A stretch of DNA of 64,000 nucleotides, from the NCBI RefSeq assembly GCF_009914755.1, contig NC_060931.1; one strand, 5' to 3'. The first letter of the stretch is position 1. Every line of letters starts with the position of its first letter. The notes under the pieces are model-generated. The model worked only from the letters and a program-made list of their open reading frames with translations. It did not search any database and was not told the DNA's origin. Origin of the DNA: the human T2T-CHM13v2.0 reference genome, Homo sapiens. The position numbers and the translations under genes are program-made. Of the stretch, positions 40,121 through 58,294 are shown in pieces.

Positions 40121-41347
40121 TGGTGGGTCTCAGCAGCTCAGGCGGCGGGAGGAGCGGCAGCGGCCAGGCAGCCCAGCTTCGCGAAGGCTCTCGGTACGAT
40201 GAGGCCTGCAGGCACCTGGCACGCACCCTCCTCGTCACCAGGATGCCCAAGAAGAAGGTCATGAAGGGACCATCAAGGAAGAGCCCAAGAGGAGATTGGC
40301 GCAGTTGTCAGCTAAACCTGCTCCTGCAAAAGTGGAAGCGAAGCTGAAAAAGGCAGCAGCGAAGGATAAATCTTCAGGCAAAAATGTGCAAACAAAAGGG
40401 AAAAGGAGAGCAAAGGGAAAACAGGCCAAAGTGGCAAACCAAGAAACTAAAGAAGATTTACCTGCAGAAAACGGGGAAATGAAAACTGAGGAGAGTCCAG
40501 CCTCTGATGAAGCAGGAGAGAAAGAAACCAAGTCTGATTAATACAGTATACCATGTCTTACCAGCAGTCCCTGACTCCCCTCTTGTACAATCCAGAGGAA
40601 TATTTTTACCAATTATTTTGTAAATGCAAGTTTTTTAGTAGCTCTAGAAACATTTTTAAGAAGGAGGGAATCCCACCTCCTCCCATTTTTTAAATGTAAA
40701 TGCCTTTTTTTTTTTTTAGAGGTAAAATCATTTGCTGGTTGTTTATTTTTTTGGCACAACCAGAAAATAGTGTGGGATATTGAATTATGGGAGGCTTTGA
40801 CTGTCTCGGGTGTCAGCTTAACATTCCATAGATGGGGGTTAGTTTTTATATCCTATAAAACAAAGCATATTAAATGGAAATATGAAGTCAGTCCTGCATT
40901 TAATGTCTTGAACATTTTAAATTACTTCTATGCCCTTGCTGTTTTTTAGTAGAATTGTTTTCCAAAGAAAACCACTCCTTGATCCTGGCTTCTCCCTGTC
41001 AGAATTGTGTGCACTCTGTAAGATCTGTGGTTGTGGTAGTCCTGTTTTCCTAATAACGTTGTTATGCTGTGAAAGATTAAAAATTTGAATATGTAGTGTA
41101 TATGCTATTCAGTTGTGAATTGGTGAAATGTATGTAACAGCTTATCAACATGTGAAGATATTGATAGCCCCTTAAGGAAAATTTGCTTCCAAATTTTAAG
41201 CTGGAAAGTCGCTGGAATAACTTTAAAAAAGAATTACAATACGTGGCTTTTTAGATTTTCGGTATGTATGTTAAGAATTGTGTACAAGTTTAAGTGTCTG
41301 TACTGATCCACATCCAATAAAATCTCAATTATGAAAGAAAAAAAAAA
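40121..41347 (+). pseudogene. HMGN1P18: HMGN1 processed pseudogene (5'UTR, CDS 40243-40541, 3'UTR, poly(A) remnant)
   Basis: Intronless. ATG CCC AAG AAG AAG GTC, then a frameshifting deletion (about 7 nt), then EEPKRRLAQLSAKPAPAKVE...AGEKETKSD*. AATAAA at 41316, A-tail, TSD agctttc at 40114-40120 and 41348-41354. HMGN1 origin is secure; the P18 number is from memory. Confidence 0.9.
41316..41321 (+). terminator. Poly(A) signal of the HMGN1 retrocopy, sense to CPED1
   Basis: AATAAA about 15 nt before the A-rich tail. Confidence 0.6.
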
Positions 41348-42058
41348 AGCTTTCCCATCTATTTCGCTAGCAAGTGTCTTCCACGTACTTAGAAACAGTG
41401 TTTTTGGTATGCTGTTTCAGACCATTACACCAAATGCATTGAGGAACACCCCATACTACTTTGGCTGCCACTGATGGCTCCTGTGATAGTTATGTTCCCA
41501 ACCTGGGGTGCAAAATCTCTCCCCACAGCTGTAAAATTTTTGAGATGCCCAAAGTCCTTGCATTCATCAGTCCTATCTGAATTGAAACTAGACTTCATTC
41601 AGTATAGACCAAGGTGAACATTATTCTATTTAACTCAGTTCTTTACTTTGTTTCCTGAGCCCCAAAACATACGGTTGGCACCTGGACAACACGAAGTCAC
41701 ACGAAAACTCTTCCCGTGACTCTTTTGTCCCCTCTCCTTGGGCTTTCGTGGTCAACCCTTTGCGCCATCACTCACTAGCTAAAGGATTTTGATCACGTTA
41801 TTTAATCTCTGTAGCCTTCACCATCTTTTCCTGAAATAAGAAGGCATTAGACACCGGACAGTCTCCAAGACACTTGCTAGCTTTATGATTGCGTGAGTCA
41901 CTGGAGGCGAGTGGAATATGTGATGAGAAGAGAACAGAGCAGATCAGCCAGTGATGACAATGGAGAAGGTGAGAAGGGGGTTATGGGTGAAATAGGTAGA
42001 GAAGGAAATTATAAAGTACAGCGTCAGTTATGCTGATATTCTCTTTTAAAAATTTAAA

Positions 42059-44670
<2,612 letters not shown>

Positions 44671-46309
44671 AGTTCCTTTTATTTAAAAAATAGAGAAAGT
44701 CACACATGAGAAATTTCCTGCCTTCAGGGTTACTTTACAGTAAATTAATTTTTTAATCTTTCTGTAAGCATATCGTTTATTTCAAGCTTTTATCTGATTG
44801 TGAAGCAATATTTACATAGCAATCACAATAGTTAATCACACTAAATGTGGGTATATTACACAAACACTAACACAAATTACAGGTGTGACATAAAATATAA
44901 TTATATGTGTAAAAATATAGATATAATAAATAATTATGATATAATTATACATATAAAATATAATTATACATTCATATAGTTCAGTTTTTTTCTGTTGTTG
45001 CTAGTAAAAATTCACTCTATTATTTGTTGATCACAAGGCCCATAGTCAATACTTTGTTTTAATGAATGACTTGAGCAGCAAAGCCTATAAAGTACATTTA
45101 TTTAAAGACAATTGTTTTATAGAGATGTTTTGGAAACTGTTAGAAAATACAATTTCTCCCAGAAATGAATAGAAGTACACTTGTTTCCTGGATATTTCAA
45201 AAAGGAAGAAATCAAAAATAGAAACAAAAAAATCAAAATTTTGAATGTGTTTTATCTAATAATTCTATTTCTTGGAATTTACATATTATTCTTTCTGGTC
45301 AAAGGATTGAACAATTATTATGATAATAGTGTTACTTATTATAGTAAAAAATTGGAACCAAAATAAGTATTTTGGAAAAATAAATAATGCATATGAAACT
45401 CATACATGATTAATCACATGGAAATGCTCAGAATATGAGTAAAATAAGCAAATCAGAAAACAGTTTATATGTTCCAAATCCAAATTGTGTTTTTTAATAT
45501 GTGTAGAAAAATACTGAATAACTGAAATGTTAGGAATGGTATTTATTTCTGGTTGGAAAAATTATGAGTGATTACTGTTTTCCTCTTTACATTTAACTAA
45601 ATATTCTATCATACATGTATGTTAGTTCTACCATCAGGAAAAATACTGTTTTAGGGAAGGGCAATCTCCTATTTAAAATAAGTTTACCTTGTTAATTCTT
45701 ATTAAAAAAGAAAAAAACAACAAACATTCATAGTTGAATTGATTTGGCAGTTGGATGAGGCAATACCATTATTTTCTATTCATTTAAGTATGCTAGTTGT
45801 GAATCACTGCTTTAGCAGACAGTCCTAAAACCTTTATCCCACACTCAGTACCTTTTCCATTCTCTCTCCACATCCCCTTTTTATGCTTTACTGTGTTCTC
45901 CTAATTCTTATAAAACTTTAGCTAAAATAGTGACAATGAAAGTGTCAATAACATTTACCATTGTAAGTTTTCAAATCTCCTCTGGGATATGTTCTTATAT
46001 TATTTCTCTAATCATTTCTCCATTCCCTTTCCTCTTTTTACTTTCTGGAACTTCTATTTGTCATGGGTTAAACCTCTTGGTTTGCTCTCTAATTCTCTTT
46101 ATACCTGCTTCACTTTTAAAAAATTCATACATCATGTTTGTACATATTTATGAGGTACATGTGATATTTTGTTTCATGCATAATATGTGCAATAATCAAG
46201 TCAGAGTATATAGGCTACTCAAAACCTTGAGTATTTATTATTTCTATGTGATAAAAACATTTCAAGTCCTCTCTTCTCGTTATTTGAAATATACAACACA
46301 TGCTCTCTA

Positions 46310-46910
<601 letters not shown>

Positions 46911-47009
46911 TACACTAAATTTACACAAATACCATTTATCAAGATGAAGGCCACAAAAGGCCTGAGAGGCTTGACTTGCAGAATGTCTCAATAACTTTAT
47001 TCTTGGTTT

Positions 47010-47780
47010 TATTGACTCATTCATTCATTCATTTATTCATCTATCCCTTCACTGTTTCTACAATTATTTATTAAACATATTTATTTAGCTCTACTTTAGG
47101 TGCTGGGAAGATAGCAATTAAACAATACAGACAAAAATATATATTACTGGGAAGCTTAGACATTTATGGGTAGACGGGGGAAAATAGTCGCTAAGTAATA
47201 ATATGATAGATGGTAAAGAGCACTAAGGAGAAAAATAAAGCAAGGAGACAAAATATTGGGGGATTGAGTTTAAGATCACCAAGAAAGTGACATTTGAGTA
47301 AGGCCTGGAAGACAGGGCACTCCCCATGCCAGTGTCTGGGGTAAATCCACCAAGACTCAGAGGAGAGGAACAATAGGCCTACAGTAAAGGGAGAAAGTCT
47401 TGGTTGAGGAACGTAAGGAGTTCCATGTGACTGAAGTAGAGTGAATGTAGTAGGTGGTGAGGGCAGAGAGGTACCTGGAGCTGGGGAAGCTCAGCGATGG
47501 GGCCATTGGAACTGTCGTAAGGACTGCGGGCTTTTACTCTTGTTAAGTGGAGAGTAATTGGATGATTCTGAGCACGCAGATGACAGATGACATGAGTCCA
47601 TTGGCATTTTTACAGGATTGCCTTGATTGTTTTGTCGAAGTAAGCTATCCATCAAGCAAAGACCAAAACAGGGAGACTAATTATCGTAATAATGTAGGTG
47701 TGAGATGAGAGGGACATGGGCTAGCAGAATAGCAATGGGGTGGTGAGCTGTGGCTAGATCCTGAAGACATTTTAAAGGTA
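47010..47780 (-). mobile_element. L2
   Basis: cattcattcattc terminus;...aagtgacatttgag...cgtaaggactgcgggcttttactc. Confidence 0.6.
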
Positions 47781-47789
47781 TAAATGACA

Positions 47790-47990
47790 CATAATAATAG
47801 CTCACACTTACATCTCCTTACTGCTTGCCAGGCACCATCCCAAGTGCTTACATGTTTATTTATGTCCATTCTTTACAGATGAGGAGACTGAGGCACAGAG
47901 AGGTTATAAAACTTGTCTAAGACCTCCTAGCTAATAAAACGACCAAGATGCAAACTCAGGCAGTCTCATTTCAACTTTATGTTTTCTTAA
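47790..47990 (-). mobile_element. MIR
   Basis: tttacagatgaggagactgaggcacagagaggtt core. Confidence 0.75.
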
Positions 47991-49122
47991 TCATATCAAT
48001 AGCACCTTTTGATGTATTTAGGCAAAGCACTTACAGCCTAACCTAATGAGTATTCTTAAGGAAACACAGATTCTAAATGATACATGTAGATAACTGTCAC
48101 TCTATAACAGGAATAATTTGAAGCTTTATGAACCAAGACTTTATTATGTAAACAACATAGATATTCACAACAGAAGTTGGTTCAAATTTGTTGGAGATGT
48201 TGTAGAATTGTCAATAACCTTATAATGAACAAAGAGAGGACACTGGCTCAAATTAAGATTACTAATCCCATTAGAGCTTCATAATTTTAGAGCTTAATGA
48301 AAATGGTCATAAGATCTGTTATTGAAAATAAACTGCCAGGAGTCTCCCCAGTCAGCAGAATAGTAACATGAATTTAAAACCATTAGTCTGTGTGATGATA
48401 AAAGTGAAGCGAGGTCCATTATTTGGGGTAACACTAAGTTTAGTAATTGGGGCTGTATTTCACCGCAAGTAGACAGGTGCTAGTGTTTCAAAAGCAGAGA
48501 GATTGATTTCTAGCTCTAAATTGTTGTAGGATTAGCAGTCCCTAAAGCTAGGATGCTGTTCTTAGTACATAGGAGTACTGAGAACTACCAAATGGCTCTT
48601 ATTTTAAAGCATCCCAGGGAATTTTCAGGTGAATTTGATGGAATGATAATTGCACTTGAGACATGGGGAGAAAACACATTTTTCTTTTGATCAGCTGGTT
48701 CTCCTAATTCCTTGTCATTAATTCTTTTCATTGTGGATGATAATGAACAGCTTTGGGAGAAGTTCTAATTTTTGTTCAAGTAAAAGCATGAACATTTCTA
48801 CAGATATGAGGAAAAAGAGCATTTCTCTAAAATGCAACATGATGTGTGTGTCACTCTTAATGTTCAGGAACAATAAAAAAAATCAGTTTCTTCCCCCTCC
48901 AGTGTTTTCTTACATTTTGTAACTAGTTCAAATTCAGGTGTTCACGCTTCCTAATAAATTCATATTATTGTAGTTTTAGTTTTTTAATTTATAAGCACTC
49001 CATAAATGGTTATAATTAATATATTTTTGCTCTTATTAACAGATTGTCTCAAAAGAATATTTTACTTTTGCCTCTGACAATATGTAATAGAAACAATTTA
49101 GATGCATATTATCACACATTAG

Positions 49123-50523
49123 TGAGAGGTGACAGCATGCTGGCAGTCCTCACAGCCTTCGCTCGCTCTCGGCGCCTCCTCTGCCTGGGCTCCCACTTTG
49201 GCCGCACTTGAGGAGCCCTTCAGCCCACTGCTGCACTGTGGGAGCCCCTTTCTGGGCTGGCCAAGACCGGAGCCGTCTCCCTCAGCTTGCAGGGAGGTGT
49301 GGAGGGAGAGGCGCGAGCGGGAACCCGGGCTGCGCGCCGCGCTTGCGGGCCAGCTGGAGTTCCGGGTGGGCGTGGGCTTGGCGGGCCCTGCACTCGGAGC
49401 AGCCGGCCGGCCCTGCCGGCCCGGGCAATGAGGGGCTTAGCACCCGGGCCAGCGGCTGCGGAGGGTGTGCTGGGTCCCCCAGCAGTGCCAGCCCAGTGGC
49501 GCTGTGCTCGATTTCTCGCCGGACCTGCAGCCCACCATGCCTGAGCCTCCCACCCCCTCCGTGGGCTCCTGTGCGGCCGGAGCCTCCCTGATGAGCGCCG
49601 CCCCTTGCTCCACGGCGCCCAGTCCCATCGACCACCCAAGGGCTGAGGAGTGCGGGCGCACGGCGCGGGACTGGCAGGCAGCTCCACCTGCAGCCCCCGG
49701 TGCGGGATCCACTGGGTGAAGCCAGCTGAGCTCCTGAGTCTGGTGGGGACGTGGAGAATCTTCATGTCTAGCTCAGGGATTGTAAATACACCAATCGGCA
49801 CTCTGTATCTAGCTCAAGGTTTGTAAACACACCAATCAGCACCCTGTGTCTAGCTCAGGGTTTGTGAATGCACCAGTCCACTCTGTATCTAGCTATTCTG
49901 GAGGGGCCTTGGAGAACCTTTGTGTGGACACTCTGTATCTAGCTAATCTGGTGGGGAGGTGGAGAACCTTTGTGTCTAGCTCAGGGATTGTAAACGCACC
50001 AATCAGTGCCCTGTCAAAACAGACTACTGGGCTCTACCAGGCTCTACCAATCAGCAGGATGTGGGTGGGGCCAGATAAGAGAATAAAAGCAGGCTGTCCC
50101 AGCCAGCAGTGGCAACCCGCTCCGGTCCCTTTTCACGTTGTGGAAGCTTTGTTCTTTTGCGCTTTGCAATAAATCTTGCTGCTGCTCACTCTTTGGGTCC
50201 ACACTGCCTTTATGAGCTGTAACACTCACTGCGAAGATCTGCAGCTTCACTCCTGAAGCCAGCGAGACCACGAGCCCCCCGGGAGGAACGAACAACTCCA
50301 GACGCGCCACCTTAAGAGCTGTAACACTCACCGCGAAGGTCTGCAGCTTCACTCCTGAGCCAGCGAGACCACGAACCCACCAGAAGGAAGAAACTCCGAA
50401 CACATCTGAATATCAGAAGGGGCAAACTCCGGACACGCCGCCTTTAAGAACTGTAACACTCACTGCGAGGGTCCGCGGCTTCATTCTTGAAGTCAGACCA
50501 AGAACCCACCAATTCCAGACACA
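49123..50523 (+). mobile_element. LTR12C (ERV9) solo LTR, 1401 bp
   Basis: tgagaggtgacagc start, ccaattccagacaca end, 4-bp TSD ttag at 49119 and 50524, CpG-rich U3, tandem ~41-bp enhancer repeats, U5 gctgtaacactcac repeats. Confidence 0.95.
49760..50115 (+). promoter_or_regulatory. LTR12C enhancer/promoter
   Basis: CCAAT at 49791, 49832, 49999 and 50047; gggtggggc box; GATA; TATA-like AATAAAA at 50082. Confidence 0.7.
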
Positions 50524-50809
50524 TTAGGATTGTGAAAGGTATATTGGGATAGAAATCTCTTCTAATGCATATTCCCTTTTTCAAAAATTGATCTCATGGA
50601 AATATCCTAGGGTTTAAATATTATTATCATTTTATCAGTGCATTGTAATTCTTTTAAAGATATGAAAGGATTTGTGCTAAATAAGAAAAATGTCTGTGTA
50701 TAAATATACACACATACACATAGATGCATATTGTATATATGGCATTCAAACCTAACACAAGATCTGTATATATTAAAAATGATAAAAAATGATAATTCGG
50801 ATGATAATG

Positions 50810-50980
50810 ATATGTAGGTTCATCAAGTGTAACACATGGCCCACTCTGGTGGGGGATGTTAATAATGGAGGAGGCTGTGTGTGTGTTGGGGCAGGGAGTA
50901 TATGGGAAATCTCTGTGTCTTCTGCTTAATTTTGCTGTGAACCCAAAACAGCTATAAGAAATAAAGTCCATTAAAAAATA
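50810..50980 (+). mobile_element. L1MC/MD 3' end
   Basis: taggttcatc...ccactctggtgggggatgtt...atatgggaaatctctgt...aataaagtccattaaaaaa. Confidence 0.7.
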
Positions 50981-51716
50981 ATTGCAATGTTAAGCTGGAG
51001 AAGCTCATCATATAAAAGTCAGTGAATCCAAATTAAAACTCCTTTGATGATGTTCCACTTAATGATGCAAATCTTATACATTTTATGATACGTGTAAAAG
51101 TAAAAATACGAAGCAGTAGGATATAGAAGAGTATTACTAGGTTTAACAATTAAAAAGTTATAATCTGTGTAATATAGTTGAGTTACTACAGCTGTATGAC
51201 ACATGACCCTTGAATGTTTTTACTTCTTTGTGCTGTTATTTTACTCAGTTTAACTGCTTAGTTTGGTGTTCAGTTCCAGAGTAGAATAGAGGTGATGTTT
51301 CTGGTGTCACATGTTGCTACAGTCATGTCGTCAGCCACACTATTAATTCTAAAGATGAACTTTGGAGGAAGGAACACAGGGAGAAGTCATTGTTTGGGGG
51401 ACAGGAAAATAGAAGGCAGAAGGATAGAACAATTGTTTCCCTTGGCTTGGCTCTATTATTTTCAAGTGCTTTGTTGGTTAAGAGAAGGTTAGCAATGGAT
51501 CAGAGTCAGTCCATAACCTTTAATGCTACTTACCCAGTGCTGATTCTCTTTCTGAATCATATTGTTAAGGATTCTATTAATTCACCAGCAACGGAATGAT
51601 TTTGCCCTATTTAGGGAAAATGGCTCAATTTCATTGATTTTTGAAGCTTTTCACAGACTAATTTAGAAAGATACTTTGTGAACTTAAAAAACAAACAAAC
51701 AAAAAATCTCTATTAC

Positions 51717-51770
51717 AACACTACATTGTAAAAGTCCATACGGACACCAAAGTGTGTATTAGTCCTTTTT
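51717..51770 (-). repeat. 54-bp inverted copy of 52352-52405
   Basis: 51 of 54 positions match the reverse complement. Confidence 0.92.
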
Positions 51771-52006
51771 ATTAGTCTATTATGGGTTATCTATACTTTT
51801 GCAATGCTGTTTGTTCCCTCCAGCCCTTTTTAAATTCTGGATTGAAGAATTCAGGGTTTATGAAAGCCCTTCTTTTTCTACATTTAGTTTCTGAGATTTC
51901 TCACTTTTGGATTTGAGAAATCGAGACAGCCTTAAGATTGAAAGTGTACTGCACTTACAGCCTTTTCTCAATTCTTAGTGCAAATGAATGTCAGTGACGT
52001 CCACTT

Positions 52007-52367
52007 TGATATGTTCTGGCTGTGTCCCACCCAAATCTCATCCGGAATTATAGCTCCCATAATTCCCACGTGTTGTGGGAGGAACACAGTGGGAGATAAT
52101 TGAATCATGGGTGCGGTTTCCCCCATCCTATTCTCGTGGTAGTGAGTAAGTCTCACGAGATCTGATGGTTTTATAAGGGATTTTCCCTTTCACTTGGCCC
52201 TCATTCGCTCCTGCCTGCCACCATGTAAGGTATGCTTTTCACTTTCTGCCATAATTATGAGGCCTCCCCAGCCACGTGGAACTGTGAGTCCATTAAAGCT
52301 CTTATTCTTTATGAATTACCCAGTCTCGCGTATGTCTTCAGCAGCAGCATGAAAAAGGACTAATAAA
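52007..52367 (+). mobile_element. THE1B/C solo LTR (MaLR)
   Basis: tgatatgttctggctgtgtccc...gagatctgatggttttataa...ggactaata(a)a; 5-bp TSD cactt at 52002 and 52368. Confidence 0.92.
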
Positions 52368-53574
52368 CACTTTGGTGTCCTTGTGGACTTTTACAATGTA
52401 GTGTTTAGGAATGCCACTGGTGCAGAATCACAATAATAGCTTCTGCTGAAGCTAGGCTTCATTCATACAGGATCTGGGCTGAAGTTTTTCCTTCTTACAG
52501 CTATTATCGGGGAAAAGAGAGTTTGCTGAACACATGAACAGGGTTAATAAAGTAGCAAGGTTTGGGGAAGATTTCATCAATGCACAGTTGCCAAGCACTT
52601 TAAATGAATCAGTTTTTAGAACTGTATCTTATTGATTTGGTAAAAATCTTAGAGCAGAAGTGGAACCTAGAGACTAAAAGCTCTAAATGCTTTATTTTGC
52701 AAATGAAGAAACTGAAAAAAAAAAAAAAAAAAAAAAAAAGCAAATGATGATTCTCTTAAGTGCCCGAAGCGAGCTACCACCCCTGTTTCCAGTTGCCTCT
52801 CTTCTCCAACTGCAGCTGGGTTATTTCTATCAAGTCATGCCAGCAGGACATAGTGCTGCAATACTTTATTAGGTTAGAGTGTGTTAATTTGAAAGTAATC
52901 AATATCTCAAAAATGAATCTGATTTTCAAGCTAATTTATACTGATCTGTTGGTTTTAACAAGGTTTTCTCATATTGGGTATTAGTTTGGGGATTAAGTGG
53001 ATGATGTTAATCAATTTGTAGATTCACAGGAGAAGGGAAGAATTAAAGTTGTATCTTTTATAATCTTTTCAAACTCCATATATTTGAATTTATGATAATA
53101 TTTACAAAGCTGTCTAAAAACAAGTTTTGGTTGAAGTGAAGTTTTGTGGGTGACTGGGTTTTATATTTAGAAATAATCCCTTCAGTATGAAGTGAAGAAT
53201 GTTTATGAAATTTTGGAACGGGTTTAACACTGAATTGCCACTAAATATCAAGTTATTTATGTTACTATATTTGTCTCAAGTATTTTCTTTTATATTTAGC
53301 AAATATCATGGCTTCAAAATATGAAAGGGTTTTCAAAAAGTGATCCCAAGGACCACTTTTAAAGCTTCCCAGGGGCAAGTTTTAGTTTTATGTTATCAAA
53401 TAAGCTACTTCATTATTCTGGATTTGCATGTTGACTTGCAGAGATTTGAAGGTGGGGTGTGGGTGGTTTAGACAGTGCATCCCATCTATACTCTCTGGGT
53501 TTTTTGTGTTTGCTTGGTTTTGCTTTAGCGTTGATGAATGCCTCACTCACTAGAATCTTTTTCATTCCTTTTAG

Positions 53575-53685
<111 letters not shown>

Positions 53686-56098
53686 TGAGATATGCAGGCT
53701 CCCTTAGCAGAAGCAGCTAACATGGTCTCAGGTCAGCATCTGTTGCTACTTTGTCTATCAATTCGGCAATCACAGATCTTCCGCAGTTCACAACGCTTTG
53801 CCAATGAAAAGACCTAAAGTGAGGAATAACAACCGTAACGTAACACTGGTGTTCTTTTAGTTTTGCCTTCTGATTTGCCAGATGAATATATTTCTTGTTC
53901 TCCTTTCTATTTGTTTTTAAAACAATTGCTGCTTTATTTTTAAAGTAATTACAGTAGTTCTCAGTTATGTAACACTTGGGGGTTTTTATCAAAGTATATA
54001 TTTCTTTATGATTAAATTATTCTGATCCTAAAAACATTGTTTCTCCTTTCTGGAATCCTCTCAATTTGTCTGTGTGTTAAATACAGGACACTGAATGAAT
54101 AAATTCTGCATTTTAACTATGTTAGGAATTTGGGACAAAAATTACCATCTTCAGTTTCCTCATAGGTTCCCAGAGTGGAAAAAGCATCAGAAGGTATATG
54201 AACCCTCATAGATGAAATAAGCCCTCATAGAAAAAATGATGGCCTACTTTAAAAGCCATCAGTGAAAGGGTTCCTCAAATTTCTTGTTTAAAACACATTT
54301 AATGTTTAATAGTTTATGTCCCCAGAAAGTTCTTTACTACATAATTAAAACTTAGATCTACATAGCTTTAATTTTGTTTTGTCTCCTAGTTGATTTGTTA
54401 ACTAGTTAATTTGTCTCCTAGTTGAATCAGGAAACAAATAATCTATCTTAATCCATCAGCTTTCCCATTGGGGTTTCTGCTCCCACTCCAAACGTAAACC
54501 ACACTGGCATGTTCCACTGTAAAGACTGCAGTCATCGACTGATATTTACTGAGAATTAAAATAAAATAATCTTAATTCAACTTTCAATTTAAGATACATA
54601 TCTAAACTAAACAGCTATGTAAATTTGGTTCTGTAGTTATTGTTTTATATGACAATTATAACTGACTACATAAGCTGAATTTTTTTTGTTTTTGTAAACT
54701 CTAGCTGGAGAGTTTTTCATCATATGAAAAAAGTAATGTTTTGGGGAGAAGCAAATAAAATAATTATTTTCATTAATACAATATTAAAATATCCAGAAAT
54801 TCTTTAGAAAAGGCAATCTGAAGAAATTTTTACTTTTGACCAGAACCTACAGATTTTAAAGTGTTTTTCTTTGTTGCTATTTACATTTCAGAATGCTTGA
54901 TCCAGAACATTAAGTTTCTTCAGCTTTGTACTTAACAGAATAAAATCATAGAAATGAAAGGCTGTTTATGGTCAGAAATAGATTACCAGTGTTTTAAAAA
55001 GTTCCCCAAGCAATTCTTACATAAGTTTATATTTTACATTTGCTTCTGTAAAACTAAGAAGTATTTTCTATCTTCTTTTGCTTCAAACATTTTTTTTATT
55101 CTCGAGAACATCTAAGTTCTAGGCATTTGTAGTTCTTTCTACATTCTGTTTAGTGCATTAATTTTGTATTTATCTCTGTGAATAACAAGATAGTTTCACA
55201 GAATGCACAGCTTTTTAAATGGAATTATTTCTACCATCATGTTATCTTTCTCTAGATGAAGATAATTTTCTTACACGTGTAGCTTTAAAGAAATGTCTGC
55301 AGCATTATTTTCTGATCTAAGTTTTATAAAGCGTAGCTTTTGTTGTAGACTGTTGGTATAAATATATAATTCAATATTCACAAAATTAAAATTTTATTTG
55401 TTGTGAATACTGAATATTTAATATTGAATACAGATTAGGTAGTGACGTGTCAGCACCTAAATATAGGGTATGATTATAAAGGTGTAATAGTAAAACTAAA
55501 CATAATACTATATAATCTAGACATTATATCAAAAGGCAAAATGTCCTGTGTAATTTTAAGCTGTGTTTCATTTGGAGGTTGACAAAACACAAATTTTGAA
55601 ACCAGTGATTTTAGCTCTGCCACTTATTCTCTGTGTGACTTCAGGGGTTTTTTGTTTTTTGTTTTTTTAATCCACAAAGTGGGGTTAAGAATACCCATTT
55701 CATAGGTTTAATTTTAAAAGGCAGATTGTATATGTGTGTATATATAACTTAATTTGAAGAATAAGACATATTATACATTATTCCTAACACATAATGTCCA
55801 AATAATGGTAACTGGATTACCCTGGATTTGAAAAATCAAGCAGACAAAAATCCAGAGGCAAAAGGCCTCAGAACACTTAATATTTTCTCCCTTTACATGA
55901 TAAATTATCACTAAGATTTTATCTTTCGGTCAAAAACTGTGAAGATCTTACCCCTCTCACAAGCTTACAGGTCAACCTGTCTCAGTTTCATGGTTATTGG
56001 TAGAAGACATGAGATGCCTAGGTCAGAGACCAGTGACTTTTTTATTTATAGCAATAATGGTAAGCCAACTATCAGCACATGTACCAGTTCACTGAAGG

Positions 56099-56433
56099 CT
56101 GTTGGCCCTCTGTATCTGTGGGTTCCACATCCCTGGATTCAACCAACCATGGATAGAAGTATTAGGAAAAATAATCTCACAAAGTTCCAAAAAGCAAAAC
56201 TTGAATTTGCTGCATGTTGAGTATTACATTGAATCCGTGGAATGAAGTGATATGCAGGCATTGTGTTAGGTATTATAAGTAATCTAAAGATGACTTAAAA
56301 TATACAGGAGGATTGCATAGATTATATGCAAATACGACATCATTTTATATGAGGAACTTGAGCACCCATGGATTTTAGTATCCATGGCTGGGGGGCACAG
56401 GGGGTGGGGTGCAGTCCTAAAACTAATCAACTA
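56099..56433. mobile_element. MER2/Tigger3-family MITE
   Basis: ctgttggccctctgtatctgtgggttcc...ggattcaaccaacc...ttatatgcaaatac...ggattttagtatcc. Confidence 0.7.
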
Positions 56434-56453
56434 TACTTAGTGGTTTGCATTTC

Positions 56454-58294
<1,841 letters not shown>

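Noticed and set aside
49129-50403. Dense overlapping long ORFs on both strands (up to 193 aa)
   Set aside because: All lie in the GC-rich LTR12C, where stops are rare; no recognisable protein.
49760-50470. Regularly spaced repeats resembling a CRISPR array
   Set aside because: These are the standard LTR12 U3 and U5 tandem repeats with no unique spacers, in eukaryotic DNA with no cas genes.
49114-50527. Apparent 9-bp direct repeat acacattag around LTR12C
   Set aside because: acaca is the normal LTR end and the true TSD is ttag; the upstream match is probably coincidence.
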